In this document: piece after piece, positions 1-10,930 of the stretch | How positions within the stretch are numbered: position 1 is the stretch's first letter | How the letters are laid out: the number at the start of each line of letters is the position of its first letter | Assembly (NCBI GenBank): GCA_964636405.1 | Contig: CAZWSI010000007.1 | Coordinates: forward strand, 1,697-65,696 | Direction of reading: 5' to 3' | Source of the DNA: an uncultured Oscillospiraceae bacterium | GTDB taxonomy: Bacteria > Bacillota > Clostridia > Christensenellales > CAG-138 | Length of the DNA: 64,000 bases | Position numbers and translations under genes: made by a program | Notes under the pieces: generated by a model | What the model was told of the DNA's origin: nothing | Database searches by the model: none | Seen by the model: only the letters and a program-made list of their open reading frames with translations

Positions 1-25
1 GCACAAAAAAGAGGGGGACTGAGCT

Positions 26-988
26 ATGCTCCGCGAGGCGGTGTCGTTTATCCGGGCGCATCAGTCTTTTACGCTGATTTCCCACGTTTCGCCCGACGGC
101 GATACGCTGGGCAGCTCTCTTGCGCTCGCGCATGGGCTTGACGGCCTAGGGAAAAGCGCGCAAATCGTGTGCGAGGACCCTGTGCCCGCGATTTACCGCT
201 TCCTGCCGGGCGCGGAGCGTGTCCTGCCGCCTGAAAAGGCGACAGCTACCGATGCGGTTATCGCCGTGGACTGCGCGGACGCGCGGCGCACGGGCGCGTG
301 CATCGAGCTGCTCAACCGATCGGGGGCAACGCTGAATATCGATCATCACTTGACCAACACCCGCTATGCGCAGGCGAATTACGTCGTGCGCTGCGCCGCC
401 ACGGGCGAGCTTGTGTACGCGCTGCTTACAGCGCTAGGCGTGCCCGTAGATACGGATATCGCGGGCTGCCTGTACACGGCCATTGTGACCGACACGGGCA
501 ACTTTGCCTATTCCCAAACCTCGCCGGACACCATGCGCATTGCGGCGGAGCTGCTCGAAAGCGGCATCGATCTGCCCACGCTCAACCGCAACCTGTTCCG
601 CTCCATCCCGCTGCACAAAATGAAGCTCCTCGGCCGCGCCATCAACAAAACCGTGGTGTGCGACGGCGGACGGCTGGGGCTCTGCACCCTGACTATGGGC
701 GATCTGGCGGATTGCGGCTCCACGGCGGAGGATACCGAGGGCGTGATCGATTCCATCCGCGATATCGATACCGTCGAGGTAGCTGCGCTTTTGCGCGAAT
801 GCGGGGACGGCACGGTGCGCGTGAGCCTGCGCGGCAAGCGTTATGCGGATGTAAGCCGCATTGCCCAGCGCTTTGAGGGCGGCGGGCACACTCTGGCCGC
901 GGGCTGCACGCTCCATTGCCCGCTCGACGAGGCCGCGGGCGTGATTCGCGCGGCGGCGGAAGCGCTTTTGCGCGAGGAAGCCTGCTGA
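26..988 (+). CDS. nrnA: DHH/DHHA1-family phosphoesterase (NrnA-like oligoribonuclease / pAp phosphatase)
   Basis: DHH motifs (SPDGDTLGS, NIDHH) and C-terminal DHHA1 GGGH motif; lies directly upstream of truB. Confidence 0.8.
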   Translation: MLREAVSFIRAHQSFTLISHVSPDGDTLGSSLALAHGLDGLGKSAQIVCEDPVPAIYRFLPGAERVLPPEKATATDAVIAVDCADARRTGACIELLNRSGATLNIDHHLTNTRYAQANYVVRCAATGELVYALLTALGVPVDTDIAGCLYTAIVTDTGNFAYSQTSPDTMRIAAELLESGIDLPTLNRNLFRSIPLHKMKLLGRAINKTVVCDGGRLGLCTLTMGDLADCGSTAEDTEGVIDSIRDIDTVEVAALLRECGDGTVRVSLRGKRYADVSRIAQRFEGGGHTLAAGCTLHCPLDEAAGVIRAAAEALLREEAC

Positions 989-1851
989 TGAACGGCGTGG
1001 TTCCGCTGCTTAAGCCCCCGGGCATGACCTCGAGCAACGCCGTGTACGATGTGCGCCGCATCATGGCCGAGAAGCGCGCGGGGCATTTGGGAACCCTCGA
1101 TCCGGGCGCGTCTGGCGTGCTGCCGATTTGTCTGGGCCGCGCGACAAGGCTCTTTGATTATCTGGTGGACAAGGATAAGGAATATGTTTTCGAGGTCTCC
1201 TTTGGGCAGGCCACGGACACGCAGGATGTATACGGTACGGTAACGGACGCGTGCCGTTGCGATGTGACACGCCGCGATTTGGAACGCGTATTGCCGCAGT
1301 TTCGTGGCACGATCCCCCAGACCGCGCCCGTTTACTCCGCGTTGAAGGTCGGCGGCGAGAAGATGTACGAGCTGGCTCGCGAGGGGCGCGCGGTGGAGCC
1401 GCGCGTGCGCGAGATCCGCGTACATAGCCTGACGCTTATGGAGCAAACGGCGCAAAACCGCTTTCTTTTGCGCATACGCTGCTCACGGGGCACGTATGTG
1501 CGTACGATCTGCGCCGATCTCGGCAGCGCGCTGGGCGTATACGCGCACATGTCCTTTTTGCTCCGCACGGCGAGCGGCCCCTTTACGCTGGAACGCTGCG
1601 TGACCGTGCCCGAGCTCGAGCAATTGCGAGCGGAGGGCCGCGCGGCGGAGGCGGTTGTGTCTTGCGAGGACGCGCTCTCTTTTTTGCCCGCCGTCACGCT
1701 CCCGCCGGAGCGCCGGCAGCCCGCGATGAACGCGCTGGAAACCTCGGTGCGCTGGCCAAAAAACGAGCTGGTGCGTGTGTATTGCGAGGGCTTCCTCGGC
1801 ATTGGCGAAATCCGGGATAACCGCCTCAAGCTGGCGGTGCATCTATATTAA
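988..1851 (+). CDS. truB: tRNA pseudouridine(55) synthase TruB
   Basis: MNGVVPLLKPPGMTS..., GTLDPxASGVL catalytic Asp motif; ATG at 988 overlaps the nrnA stop (TGATG). The ORF-track start 916 is probably too long. Confidence 0.9.
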   Translation: MNGVVPLLKPPGMTSSNAVYDVRRIMAEKRAGHLGTLDPGASGVLPICLGRATRLFDYLVDKDKEYVFEVSFGQATDTQDVYGTVTDACRCDVTRRDLERVLPQFRGTIPQTAPVYSALKVGGEKMYELAREGRAVEPRVREIRVHSLTLMEQTAQNRFLLRIRCSRGTYVRTICADLGSALGVYAHMSFLLRTASGPFTLERCVTVPELEQLRAEGRAAEAVVSCEDALSFLPAVTLPPERRQPAMNALETSVRWPKNELVRVYCEGFLGIGEIRDNRLKLAVHLY

Positions 1852-1864
1852 GGTTCGGTTGCAT

Positions 1865-2767
1865 ATGAGAAACTCGCTCGAAAGGGCCGTCGTTGCGCTG
1901 GGCATGTTCGACGGCATGCACATAGGGCACGAGGCCCTTGTTCGTCGCGCCGCCGCGCTGGGGGGGGCGAGGAGCTGCAAGAGCGTCGTCTGCTCCTTTG
2001 AAAACCATCCCCTTTCCGTGCTGGGCGGGGAGCCGCGGCTGCTGACGGACCCGGCTGAACGCCGCGCGCGGATGCTGGCTTGCGGGGCGGACGAGGTTGT
2101 GCTCGAGGCGTTTACCCCGGCGCTTGCCGCACTCTCCCCGGAGGCGTTTATCGGGCGGCTTTGCGGCCGCTGGGCCGTTTCGGCCGTCGTAATCGGCTTT
2201 AACTACAGCTTTGGCGCGGGCGGCGCGGGCGGCGGCGAAACGCTGCGGGCGCTTGGCGCTGCGCGCGGCTTTGATACGGAGGTGCTCGCGCCCATATTGG
2301 TGGACGGCGCGCCCGTGTCCAGCTCGCGCATCCGCGCGTTGATCGAAGCGGGCGATACGCTTGCCGCGCAAAGGCTCCTTGGCCGCCCATACCGTCTAAG
2401 CGGCGAGGTGACGCGCAATCTGGGCAACGGAACGCGCCTGGGCTTCCCAACCGCCAATCTGGAGCCGGAGCCTTGGCGCGTGCTGCCCAGTGCGGGCGTA
2501 TACGCAACGCGCGCGGCAGCCGATGGCGTTTTTTACGCCGCCGTAACGAACGTGGGCAACAACCCCACGCTTGGCGGCAAAAAGCTCACGGTGGAGACGC
2601 ATCTGCTGGATTATGCCGGCGGCGCGCTGTACGGAACGCCTCTCGCGGTGGATTTTTTCGAGCAGCTCCGCACGGAACGCGCCTTTCCCTCGCTCGAGGC
2701 GCTCAAGGCGCAGATTGCCGACGACGCGGCGCGCGCGCGCGCGCTGCTTTGCGGGCGGAAATGCTAG
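1865..2767 (+). CDS. ribF: bifunctional riboflavin kinase / FMN adenylyltransferase
   Basis: GMFDGMHIGH nucleotidyltransferase motif, C-terminal riboflavin kinase PTxN/ETH region; start taken at internal ATG 1865 (MRNSLERAVV). Confidence 0.9.
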   Translation: MRNSLERAVVALGMFDGMHIGHEALVRRAAALGGARSCKSVVCSFENHPLSVLGGEPRLLTDPAERRARMLACGADEVVLEAFTPALAALSPEAFIGRLCGRWAVSAVVIGFNYSFGAGGAGGGETLRALGAARGFDTEVLAPILVDGAPVSSSRIRALIEAGDTLAAQRLLGRPYRLSGEVTRNLGNGTRLGFPTANLEPEPWRVLPSAGVYATRAAADGVFYAAVTNVGNNPTLGGKKLTVETHLLDYAGGALYGTPLAVDFFEQLRTERAFPSLEALKAQIADDAARARALLCGRKC

Positions 2768-2911
2768 AAAAGTTTTCAAATTCCCCTGTTTACAAGCGGA
2801 TTTGGGTATGCTATAGTTACAGGGCAGCTTTGAACCGCCCACATGGTTTGACGACACTCCGACGTCTTACTCTGTCTGCGGGGATACGAATAAAATGGAG
2901 GAAGTATACCC

Positions 2912-3169
2912 ATGACTAAGCAAGAAATCATCGAAACCTATGCCCTGCACGAGGGCGACACCGGTTCTCCCGAGGTACAGATCGCGCTTCTGACCGAGCG
3001 TATCAACCACCTCAACGAGCACCTCAAGCTCCACAAGAAAGATCATCATTCGCGGCGCGGCCTGCTGAAGATGGTCGGCCAGCGCAGGGGCCTTCTCAAT
3101 TACCTCAAGGAGAAGGACATCGAGCGGTACAGAACCCTCTGCGCAAGCCTCAACATCAGAACCAAGTAA
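2912..3169 (+). CDS. rpsO: 30S ribosomal protein S15
   Basis: 85-aa protein with the typical S15 sequence ([38 protein letters not shown]). Confidence 0.95.
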   Translation: MTKQEIIETYALHEGDTGSPEVQIALLTERINHLNEHLKLHKKDHHSRRGLLKMVGQRRGLLNYLKEKDIERYRTLCASLNIRTK

Positions 3170-3174
3170 GAATG

Positions 3175-3202
3175 GGCGGGGTTATTCCCGCCTTTCTTTT
3201 TT
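3175..3202 (+). terminator. rho-independent terminator/attenuator between rpsO and pnp
   Basis: GGCGGG (3175-3180) / CCCGCC (3187-3192) stem, 6-nt loop, then TTTCTTTTTT. Confidence 0.6.
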
Positions 3203-3281
3203 CTGATGCGCGCGCTCTGCCGCGCGGCGTAAGACCGATTATAATTAAATGAAGATAAGGGAAAAGAAGGAGCAATTACAC

Positions 3282-5378
3282 ATGCAAAGAAACTTTGAAA
3301 TGTCGCTCGGCGGTCGGACGCTGACCGTCGAAACCGGCAAGTATGCCGAGCAGGCGGGGGGCTCGTGCCTCGTGCGCCTTGGCGACACTGCCGTGCTCAC
3401 CTGCGCTACGGTGTCCAAAACCGCGCGCGACGGCGTAGATTTTCTCCCGCTGTCCGTCGATTTTGAGGAAAAAATGTATTCCGTGGGCAAGATCCCCGGC
3501 GGCTTTATCAAGCGCGAGGGCCGTCCCACCGAAAGGGCCATTTTGACCTCCCGTCTCATCGACCGCCCCCTCCGCCCGCTGTTTCCGAAGGGCTTTTATA
3601 ACGACGTACAGGTCGTTTCCACCGTGCTATCCGTGGAGCAGGACGTAACGCCCGATGTGCTGGGCATGATCGGCTCGTCCATCGCCCTGAGCATCAGCGA
3701 CGCGCCCTTTATGGGCCCCACGGGCTCGGTCAACGTGGGCTATATCGACGGCGAATATATCATCAACCCCAATCTCGAGCAGCGTGCTCAAAGCCGCATG
3801 TCGCTTACCGTAGCCGGCACCAAGGACGCCGTCATGATGGTCGAGGCTGGCTCCAAGGAGGTTACCGAGGAGGAAATGCTCAACGGCATCCTCTTTGCAC
3901 ATGAGGAGATCAAGAAGATCGTAGCCTTCATTTCGGATATCGCATCCGAGGTCGGCAAGGAAAAGCGCGAGGTAAAGATTGCCAAGCCCGACGAGCAGCT
4001 TGCGGAAAAGGTTCGCGCCTATGCCTTCGATAAGGTCGTGTGGTCGCTCGATACCTTTGAGCGCAAGGAGCGCGAGACGCGTCAGCAGCAGGTCAAGGAG
4101 GAGACGATCGCGGCCTTTGCCGAGGAATACCCCGAGTCCGCCAAGGATGTGGACGCAATCCTCTACGGCATCACCAAGGAGATCGTCCGTGACAAGATCA
4201 TCAACAAGGGCGTGCGCCCCGACGGCCGCCGCATGGATGAGATTCGCCCCATCTGGAGCGAGGTCGGCATCCTGCCCCGTACGCACGGCAGCGCGGTGTT
4301 TACCCGCGGGCAAACGCAGGTGATGACCATCGCCACGCTCGGCACCATCTCCGAAGCACAGATTCTCGACGGGCTTACCCTCGAGGAGAGCAAGCGCTAT
4401 ATGCACCAGTACAACATGCCGCCCTACAGCGTGGGCGAAACGCGCATGATGCGCGGCCCCGGCCGCCGCGAGGTCGGCCACGGCGCGCTGGCCGAGCGGG
4501 CCATCGAGCCTATGCTGCCCTCGGAGGAGGAGTTCCCCTACTGCATGCGCCTCGTGTCCGAGGTCATCAGCTCGAACGGCTCCACCTCGCAGGCCTCCAT
4601 CTGTGCGAGCACCCTTGCGTTGCTGGACGCGGGCGTGCCGCTGAAGAAATCCGTCGCGGGCGTTGCCATGGGCCTCATTAAGGACGATTCCAACGGAAAT
4701 ATCGCCATCATGACCGATATTCAAGGCCTTGAGGACTTCCTGGGCGATATGGACTTTAAGGTCGCCGGTACGCGCGAGGGCATCACGGCTATCCAGATGG
4801 ATATCAAGATCAAGGGCATTGACCGCGAGATCCTTACCCGCGCCCTTGAGCAGGCGCGCAAGGGCCGCCTGTTCATCCTCGATAAAATGGCTGAAACGCT
4901 GCGCGAGCCGCGCGCCGAGCTTTCGCCCTTTGCGCCCCGCATCATCTCCTTCCAGATCAACCCGGACAAGATCCGCGAGGTCATCGGCAGCGGCGGCAAG
5001 GTCATCAACAAGATCATCGCCGACACGGGCGTTAAGATCGATATCGAGGACAGCGGCATGGTGTTCATCGCCTCGCCCGACGCGGAAGCAGCGGCCAAGG
5101 CCAAGAGCATCATCGACGGCATCGTCAAGGAGATCGAGGTGGGCGAGGTTTACCTGGGAACCGTGGTCGGCATCAAGGATTTCGGCGCGTTCGTCAACCT
5201 TAAGCCCGGCACCGACGGCCTGCTGCACATTTCGCGCATTGCCAACAAGCGCGTCGAGAAGGTGGAGGACGTGCTTTCCATGGGCGAGCAGGTGCTCGTG
5301 CGCGTAATCGACATCGACGCCAAAACCGGCAAGATCAGCCTGACCCGCAAGGATCTGCTGCCGCCGGACCAGAACTAA
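3282..5378 (+). CDS. pnp: polyribonucleotide nucleotidyltransferase (PNPase)
   Basis: Two RNase PH-like halves plus KH and S1 tail (GEVYxGTVxxIxDFGAFV); start taken at ATG 3282 ([13 protein letters not shown]). Confidence 0.95.
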   Translation: MQRNFEMSLGGRTLTVETGKYAEQAGGSCLVRLGDTAVLTCATVSKTARDGVDFLPLSVDFEEKMYSVGKIPGGFIKREGRPTERAILTSRLIDRPLRPLFPKGFYNDVQVVSTVLSVEQDVTPDVLGMIGSSIALSISDAPFMGPTGSVNVGYIDGEYIINPNLEQRAQSRMSLTVAGTKDAVMMVEAGSKEVTEEEMLNGILFAHEEIKKIVAFISDIASEVGKEKREVKIAKPDEQLAEKVRAYAFDKVVWSLDTFERKERETRQQQVKEETIAAFAEEYPESAKDVDAILYGITKEIVRDKIINKGVRPDGRRMDEIRPIWSEVGILPRTHGSAVFTRGQTQVMTIATLGTISEAQILDGLTLEESKRYMHQYNMPPYSVGETRMMRGPGRREVGHGALAERAIEPMLPSEEEFPYCMRLVSEVISSNGSTSQASICASTLALLDAGVPLKKSVAGVAMGLIKDDSNGNIAIMTDIQGLEDFLGDMDFKVAGTREGITAIQMDIKIKGIDREILTRALEQARKGRLFILDKMAETLREPRAELSPFAPRIISFQINPDKIREVIGSGGKVINKIIADTGVKIDIEDSGMVFIASPDAEAAAKAKSIIDGIVKEIEVGEVYLGTVVGIKDFGAFVNLKPGTDGLLHISRIANKRVEKVEDVLSMGEQVLVRVIDIDAKTGKISLTRKDLLPPDQN

Positions 5379-5539
5379 GCAAAGGAAAACGCATTGCGGG
5401 GGTACGGCTGCATGCCGCGCCCCCGCATATTACGTCGTTTCGGGAAGGCTTGCGCCATCTGCCGCATGCCCGCATATTACACCCGCGCGCGGAATAGAGT
5501 ACCGTAAAGACTCTATCACAATGCGCAGCGGGGTGTACA

Positions 5540-6241
5540 ATGAGAAAGCCGAAGCTTGTCGACGCGCTGATGAACGGCGTGAATGTTTTGATCCTCCTGA
5601 TGATCGTGCTGCTGTATGTCGTGACCGGCACGCGTATAGGCGACGATGCGATTGCGGCGCTCAATCCGGCAAAAACCGTGTACCGGGGCGCGGAGCAGGG
5701 CGCGGTGGCGCTTGAGTGCGTGGTCAGTTGGGATGCGGCCGCTGTATCGGACATGCTGGATGTGCTGAAGGAGCGCGGCGCGCAGATCACCTTCTTTGTG
5801 GGCGGTCAGTGGGCCCGCGAGAACGCGGCGCTGGTGCGGCGCATGGCGGAGGAGGGGCACGAGGTGGGCAGCGCGGGCTACGCTCCGCTCTACGACGGCG
5901 ACCTTGCGCTCGTAAAGACGGACGTAGAGCTCTCCGCCGAGGTGCTTGCGGGCATTACCGGGCGCGAAACGGACTATTACCATTCCGGCTTCCGGGAGCG
6001 CGCGGTTTCCGCAAAGGCGGCGGGGTCGCTGGGTATGACGCACGTTTCCTGCACGAGCGATCTGCTCTGCGGGCGCGGAGACGGCGCGGATATCGCGCTG
6101 CGCGCATCGAGCGCCATGTTTGATGGAAGCATACTAATGATACACCCGACCGCAGCCGCGCTTGAGGCGCTCCCGGCCATTCTCTCGGTCATCGAGGAGG
6201 CGGGGTACAGGGTTACGACGGTGGGAAACCTGATAGAGTGA
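5540..6241 (+). CDS. polysaccharide deacetylase family protein (YlxY-like), N-terminal membrane anchor
   Basis: Hydrophobic N-terminus, NodB-like segment (ITFFVGGQWARENAALVRRMAEEGHEVGS); position after pnp matches the Bacillus ylxY locus. Confidence 0.7.
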   Translation: MRKPKLVDALMNGVNVLILLMIVLLYVVTGTRIGDDAIAALNPAKTVYRGAEQGAVALECVVSWDAAAVSDMLDVLKERGAQITFFVGGQWARENAALVRRMAEEGHEVGSAGYAPLYDGDLALVKTDVELSAEVLAGITGRETDYYHSGFRERAVSAKAAGSLGMTHVSCTSDLLCGRGDGADIALRASSAMFDGSILMIHPTAAALEALPAILSVIEEAGYRVTTVGNLIE

Positions 6242-6250
6242 GGAAATCAA

Positions 6251-7516
6251 TTGATCACGACACAAAAGCTGGAAAGCGGCGTCCGCGTGGTGATGCAGCG
6301 GATGGAACATGTGCGCTCGGTATCGCTGGGCGTTTGGATCAATACCGGCTCCGTGCGCGAGTCCGCAGCGGAGTCCGGCGCTTCACATTTTATCGAGCAT
6401 ATCCTCTTTAAAGGCACGGAGCGCAGGAGCGCGGAGGATATTGCCCGGGAAATGGACGCGGTGGGCGGTAACCTGAACGCCTTTACGAGCAAGGAATGCA
6501 CCTGCTTTTACGCAAAGGTTCTGGACGAGCATCTGCCCGTGGCGGTGGACGTGCTTTCCGATCTCGTGCTGCACAGCGCGCTGGACGAAAAGGAAATCGC
6601 AAAGGAGCAGGGCGTGGTCGTGGAGGAGATCCTCATGACCGAGGACAGCCCCGAGGACGTATGCGCCGAGCGGGCCAACGAGCTGTTTTTTGAGGGCGAG
6701 CCCCTTGCGCGCCCCATTCTGGGCACGCGGGAAACGGTCACCTCCTTTAACGCAGCGTCTCTGCGCGCCTATATGGGGCGGCACTATGTGCCCGGCAATA
6801 TCGTCGTAGCCTGCGCGGGGCATTTTGAGGAAGCACGGCTCATGGACTTGCTTCGAGCGGCCTTTGCGCAGCCCGCAAACGCGGCGGCGGCCGAGCCCCT
6901 TGCAGAGCGAATTCCGGGCGGCAGGCGCCTGCTCTGCGTGAAAAAGGATATCGAACAGGTGCATATCACCCTCATGTTTCCGGGCTTTGCGCGGGAGCAC
7001 GCGGGGCAGTTCCCCCTCGCCGTGCTGAACAACGCCATCGGGGGCAGCATGAGCTCGCGCCTGTTCCAAAGCATCCGCGAAAAGCGCGGTCTTGCATACA
7101 CGGTGTATTCCTACCCCAGCGCCTATACCACAACGGGGAGCTTCGCGCTGTATGCGGGCACGGGAGAAAAACAGGCGGCGGAGGTCACGCGCCTCATGCT
7201 TGAGGAGCTGGATACGCTGCGCGCGCACGGCTTGACGGAGGAGGAGTTCGCCCGCTGCAAGGATCAGCTCAAGGGCAGCTATCTGCTCGGCATGGAGTCC
7301 ACGGGCGCGCTCATGAACGCGCTTGGCAAGGAAGCCTTGTTACAAAACCGTGAATATAGTGAAAAAGAAACGCTCAAACGCATTGAATGTGTTACAATGC
7401 AGGATATCAACGATATCCTGCCCGTTGTACTGAACCTCGACGCGCTCTGCGCCGCCTTTGTCGGCCGCGTGGAAAAGCACGAAAAGGAATTTGGAAAGCT
7501 GACGGGCATTCACTGA
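6251..7516 (+). CDS. M16-family zinc peptidase (pitrilysin-like, MlpA/YmxG-like)
   Basis: Inverted zinc motif HFIEH...E; TTG start 6251 preceded by GAGGAA. Confidence 0.85.
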   Translation: MITTQKLESGVRVVMQRMEHVRSVSLGVWINTGSVRESAAESGASHFIEHILFKGTERRSAEDIAREMDAVGGNLNAFTSKECTCFYAKVLDEHLPVAVDVLSDLVLHSALDEKEIAKEQGVVVEEILMTEDSPEDVCAERANELFFEGEPLARPILGTRETVTSFNAASLRAYMGRHYVPGNIVVACAGHFEEARLMDLLRAAFAQPANAAAAEPLAERIPGGRRLLCVKKDIEQVHITLMFPGFAREHAGQFPLAVLNNAIGGSMSSRLFQSIREKRGLAYTVYSYPSAYTTTGSFALYAGTGEKQAAEVTRLMLEELDTLRAHGLTEEEFARCKDQLKGSYLLGMESTGALMNALGKEALLQNREYSEKETLKRIECVTMQDINDILPVVLNLDALCAAFVGRVEKHEKEFGKLTGIH

Positions 7517-7530
7517 CGGAGGCAAACGGT

Positions 7531-7899
7531 ATGGAACAGCCCAAGGACAAGCTCGAGCTCATATTTGCCATGCAAAAATCGCTCAACGACGATATTGCTG
7601 CCCGGCGCAGCCTTGCCTTTTCCAGGGAGGAATGGCTGCAAAAGGATGTGCTGGCCATGGTGTCCGAGCTTTCCGAGGTGCTCGACGAGGTCAACTTTAA
7701 GTGGTGGAAGAACAAAAAGCCCCTCAACGACGCCGCCATTAAGGAGGAGCTGGTGGATATCCTGCACTTCTTTGTGACCATGTGCCTGCACAGCGGCATG
7801 GACGCGCAGGAGCTGTTCAGTATTTACGCAAGCAAAAATCAGGAGAATTTCGACCGGCAGTACGGCCGCTCCGAAAAGAAGGGCTACGAGGTTGGATAA
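7531..7899 (+). CDS. dimeric all-alpha dUTPase-like NTP pyrophosphatase (dUTPase_2 family)
   Basis: LELIFAMQKSLNDDI..., ELSEVLDEVNFKWWK, ELVDILHFF resemble the dimeric dUTPase family; start at ATG 7531. Confidence 0.7.
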   Translation: MEQPKDKLELIFAMQKSLNDDIAARRSLAFSREEWLQKDVLAMVSELSEVLDEVNFKWWKNKKPLNDAAIKEELVDILHFFVTMCLHSGMDAQELFSIYASKNQENFDRQYGRSEKKGYEVG

Positions 7900-7902
7900 A
7901 GC

Positions 7903-9096
7903 ATGGCCAGAGGGCGCAGACGCGTAAACAACCGCTTCTATTTTTTCGTTACGATCCTCATCGGCATCGTGGCGCTTGCTGTTGTGCTGCTCGTGCGCAA
8001 TCGCCACGCGGGCGAAATCACCTACGGCAGCATCGGCGCGGAGCTGGATGCCTCGGCCGTCATCATCCGCGACGAAACCATCGTTTCCACCGAGAATTAC
8101 GAAAAGGTTGTCTTCATGGTGGTGGAGGGCGAGGTCATTTCCGATGGCACACAGGTGGCGCAGGTCTACCGGCGCGGCTATCAGGAGGAATCCATGGTGT
8201 CCGTGCTGAATCTACAAAAGCAGATTTTCAGCCAGCAGAAGGCCCTGCTGGCGGGCGGCGCAACGCCCGAGCTTGTGGACGTGAACGATCGCATTACGAC
8301 CGTGGAGGAGCAGATTCGCGGCGCGGCGCGGGGCGATACCACGCTCGATATGCTCGCGCTGGAAAAGCAGCTTAAGCAATTGCAGGAGGAGCGGGTCGCG
8401 CTTCTGAAAGCGAGCGTTACGCCCGACGCGCAGCTCACCTCGCTGTATACCGAGCTGGAAACGCAGCAAAAGTCCATTTCCACCTGGACGCGCAGCATCG
8501 TCAATTCGGCGGGCACGGGCGTTGTGAGCTTTTATTTCGACGGCTACGAGCAGGTGCTGAACGTAAATAAGCTCAGCACCATCAATTCCGCGCTGATTAA
8601 CAGCGTGGTGTCCGGCGGGAACACGGCCAAAACGACCACTGCCGGCTCGGAAACGCCGCTTTACAGGCTCATTACCAATACCCACTGGTTTCTCGCGTTC
8701 GTCACCAAAAACACCGAGCCGCTGCGCCTCTCGGCGGGTGAGGAATATTACGTGACCTTCCCGGATTATTCCGATCAAATGTACAAGGCGACGGCGCGGG
8801 ATACCGTCGTTTCGGAAAAATATATCGTGAATATTTTAGAGTTTTATGAGGATATCGGCAAGCTCGTGGGTGTGCGCACGGTTTCCGCCAAGGTGACCAA
8901 GGCCGCGCAGGGGCTGGTCGTGCCGCTTTCCGCCATCGTGATTGAAAACGGCATCACGGGCGTAAACATCGATTATGGCGGTTCGCCCCTGCGGGTTGAG
9001 GTGGACGTGCTGGCCGAGGACGGCAAAAAGGCTGTGATCCGCCCGCGCAACGAAACGGACACGCTGGCCGTGGGCCAGAAATTCATTAAGCCATGA
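7903..9096 (+). CDS. HlyD-like membrane-anchored protein with a coiled-coil region
   Basis: N-terminal TM helix, central heptad-like region, beta-rich C-terminus; assigned by overall architecture only. Confidence 0.4.
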   Translation: MARGRRRVNNRFYFFVTILIGIVALAVVLLVRNRHAGEITYGSIGAELDASAVIIRDETIVSTENYEKVVFMVVEGEVISDGTQVAQVYRRGYQEESMVSVLNLQKQIFSQQKALLAGGATPELVDVNDRITTVEEQIRGAARGDTTLDMLALEKQLKQLQEERVALLKASVTPDAQLTSLYTELETQQKSISTWTRSIVNSAGTGVVSFYFDGYEQVLNVNKLSTINSALINSVVSGGNTAKTTTAGSETPLYRLITNTHWFLAFVTKNTEPLRLSAGEEYYVTFPDYSDQMYKATARDTVVSEKYIVNILEFYEDIGKLVGVRTVSAKVTKAAQGLVVPLSAIVIENGITGVNIDYGGSPLRVEVDVLAEDGKKAVIRPRNETDTLAVGQKFIKP

Positions 9097-9782
9097 GCAC
9101 AATAGCGGAGAATCTGGAAAGCATTCGCGCGCGCATTGCGCATAGCTGCCAAGCGGCGGGGCGAAGCCAAGACGAGGTGCGGCTGCTTGCCGTTACAAAG
9201 TTTGTAGATATTTCACGCATTTCGGAGGCTGTCGAGGCGGGGATTGCCGAGGTGGGTGAAAACCGGGCGCAGGAATTGGACGAAAAGTTAACATTTTTTG
9301 AAAATGCCGGCCTGAAAGTGCATTTTATTGGACAACTGCAAACGAATAAGCTAAAATATGTATGCGGTAAAACGGAGCTGATTCAATCGGTGGATCGGCC
9401 GGAGCTTGCCGCGCTGCTGCAAAGCCGCGCCGCGTCGATGGGCGTTGCGCAGAATATTCTGCTTCAGGTGAACATTGGTAACGAACCGCAAAAGGGGGGC
9501 GTACCGCCCGAAGATTGCATTGCTTTTGCGGAAAAGCTTGCCGAATGTTCCAATTTGCGCGTTTCAGGGCTGATGTGCGTGCCGCCCGATTGCGAGGGCG
9601 AGGCTGTGCGCCCGTATTTCCGCAAGATGCGCGCGCTGTACGAGGCCATGCGGCAGGCGTTCCCGGCTCTCCCCATTTCGCTTCTTTCTATGGGCATGAG
9701 TCACGATTTTGAAATCGCGATCCAGGAAGGCGCGACCATGGTGCGCATCGGGAGCGCATTGTTTGGAAAGAGGCGGCAATAG
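9093..9782 (+). CDS. yggS: YggS/YlmE-family pyridoxal-phosphate homeostasis protein
   Basis: LLAVTKF (PLP lysine), GENRAQEL, HFIGxLQxNK, SMGMSxDFxxAI motifs; ATGA overlap with the upstream ORF. Confidence 0.85.
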   Translation: MSTIAENLESIRARIAHSCQAAGRSQDEVRLLAVTKFVDISRISEAVEAGIAEVGENRAQELDEKLTFFENAGLKVHFIGQLQTNKLKYVCGKTELIQSVDRPELAALLQSRAASMGVAQNILLQVNIGNEPQKGGVPPEDCIAFAEKLAECSNLRVSGLMCVPPDCEGEAVRPYFRKMRALYEAMRQAFPALPISLLSMGMSHDFEIAIQEGATMVRIGSALFGKRRQ

Positions 9783-9836
9783 CGGCTTGCGCGCGCCGTA
9801 CAAGAGGCGCGTTCGCGGCATAGCGGAGGGAATTGG

Positions 9837-10394
9837 ATGGCCAGCTTATACAATAAATTCTTGGATTTTATCGGCATCGAAGAGAGCGACGAGATCGAGG
9901 ATGAAGAAGAATACGACCGGGGCGGCAGAGCGTCCAGAGATTATGGGCACGAACGCGAGCGGGAGCCCGAGCGCCGCAGCAGCGGCAGGGGCAATTATCG
10001 CGACGAGCCTGCCGAGGAACTGCGCGGCGGCAACGTGATGAACTTTGGCGCGGGCGGCGTGCGCCCGTCCGCGGCGGCGCGCAAGGGTGATCGCGCGTCC
10101 ACGCCCACGGGCGGCAATCTGCCCGTGTCCGGCGGCATGAAGATGATCGTGTATCATCCCGTCAGCTACGAGGATACGCAGATTATCATCGATAATCTCA
10201 AGAGCCGCAAGCCTGTGATCGTCAACATGGAGGAGCTCGATATGGACTGTGCGCAGCGCATATTGGATTTCCTTTCCGGCGCGGTTTATGCGCTTAACGG
10301 CACGATGTGCAAGATTTCCCGGGGCATTTTTGTCGTAGCGCCGAATAATTATGATGTAGTCGGGAATAACGACGACTACAATGATATGATGTAG
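9837..10394 (+). CDS. sepF: cell division protein SepF
   Basis: C-terminal SepF core (VYHPVSYEDTQIIIDNLKSRKPVIVNMEELD...RILDFLSGAVYAL) after an acidic/Arg-rich linker. Confidence 0.85.
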   Translation: MASLYNKFLDFIGIEESDEIEDEEEYDRGGRASRDYGHEREREPERRSSGRGNYRDEPAEELRGGNVMNFGAGGVRPSAAARKGDRASTPTGGNLPVSGGMKMIVYHPVSYEDTQIIIDNLKSRKPVIVNMEELDMDCAQRILDFLSGAVYALNGTMCKISRGIFVVAPNNYDVVGNNDDYNDMM

Positions 10395-10486
10395 CGCCGC
10401 GGCAGCGTGCACGGTATGCTTAACCCATCGGGGCACATCAAGCGTTTGCGTTGGTGTGTCCTGCTTTTTAAGGAGCGTTGGACGAT

Positions 10487-10930
10487 ATGAAGGTTAACGA
10501 CATCGTCAACAAGGAATTTACCAAATCTATTTTGGGCTACGATGTGCGCGAGGTGGATGTTTTTCTCGACCAGGTCATCGAGCAGCTCGAAAAGCTGGAA
10601 ACCGAGCGCCGCGAGATGATGACGGCCATCGAATACCTGCTCGCGGAGCTGGAGCACATTGAGCGTGTGTCCGCAAGCGGCGCTACGCCCGACGAGCGCC
10701 GCGCCATCGAATCGGCCGCCGCCTCGCGCCGCAAGGATTTCCAGCCGCCGCGCCAGCTTGCGTCGGAGGCGGGCAAGCGGCAGAAGCGCGCCGTGGAGCA
10801 GGTGGTGCTCGAGGTGGAAACAGGCGTGGCCGCGCCGCGCAGGCGCGCGGTGGAGAACGATATGCGCAAGCTCGCGCAGGAATCCATCGACGAAATTGCG
10901 GAGCGCGTCGAGCAGTCAGAGGTATTGTGA
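10487..10930 (+). CDS. DivIVA domain-containing protein
   Basis: N-terminal DivIVA motif (DIVNKEFTKSILGYDVREVDVFLDQV); ATG 10487 has better spacing to AAGGAG than TTG 10478. Confidence 0.8.
   Translation: MKVNDIVNKEFTKSILGYDVREVDVFLDQVIEQLEKLETERREMMTAIEYLLAELEHIERVSASGATPDERRAIESAAASRRKDFQPPRQLASEAGKRQKRAVEQVVLEVETGVAAPRRRAVENDMRKLAQESIDEIAERVEQSEVL

Noticed and set aside
3627-5228. 533-aa ORF antisense to pnp
   Set aside because: Shadow ORF typical of GC-rich DNA. It has an Ala/Arg/Gly/His/Leu-biased low-complexity translation and no RBS, and it is fully nested in a well-supported gene. The same applies to most other long antisense or off-frame ORFs in the track (e.g. 15263-16666, 16676-17677, 20660-22171, 54696-55946).
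5396-5428. GC-rich hairpin (TGCGGGGG...CCCCCGCA) after pnp as a terminator
   Set aside because: No proper T-run follows the stem. It may still be a processing or stabilising structure, but it is not called.
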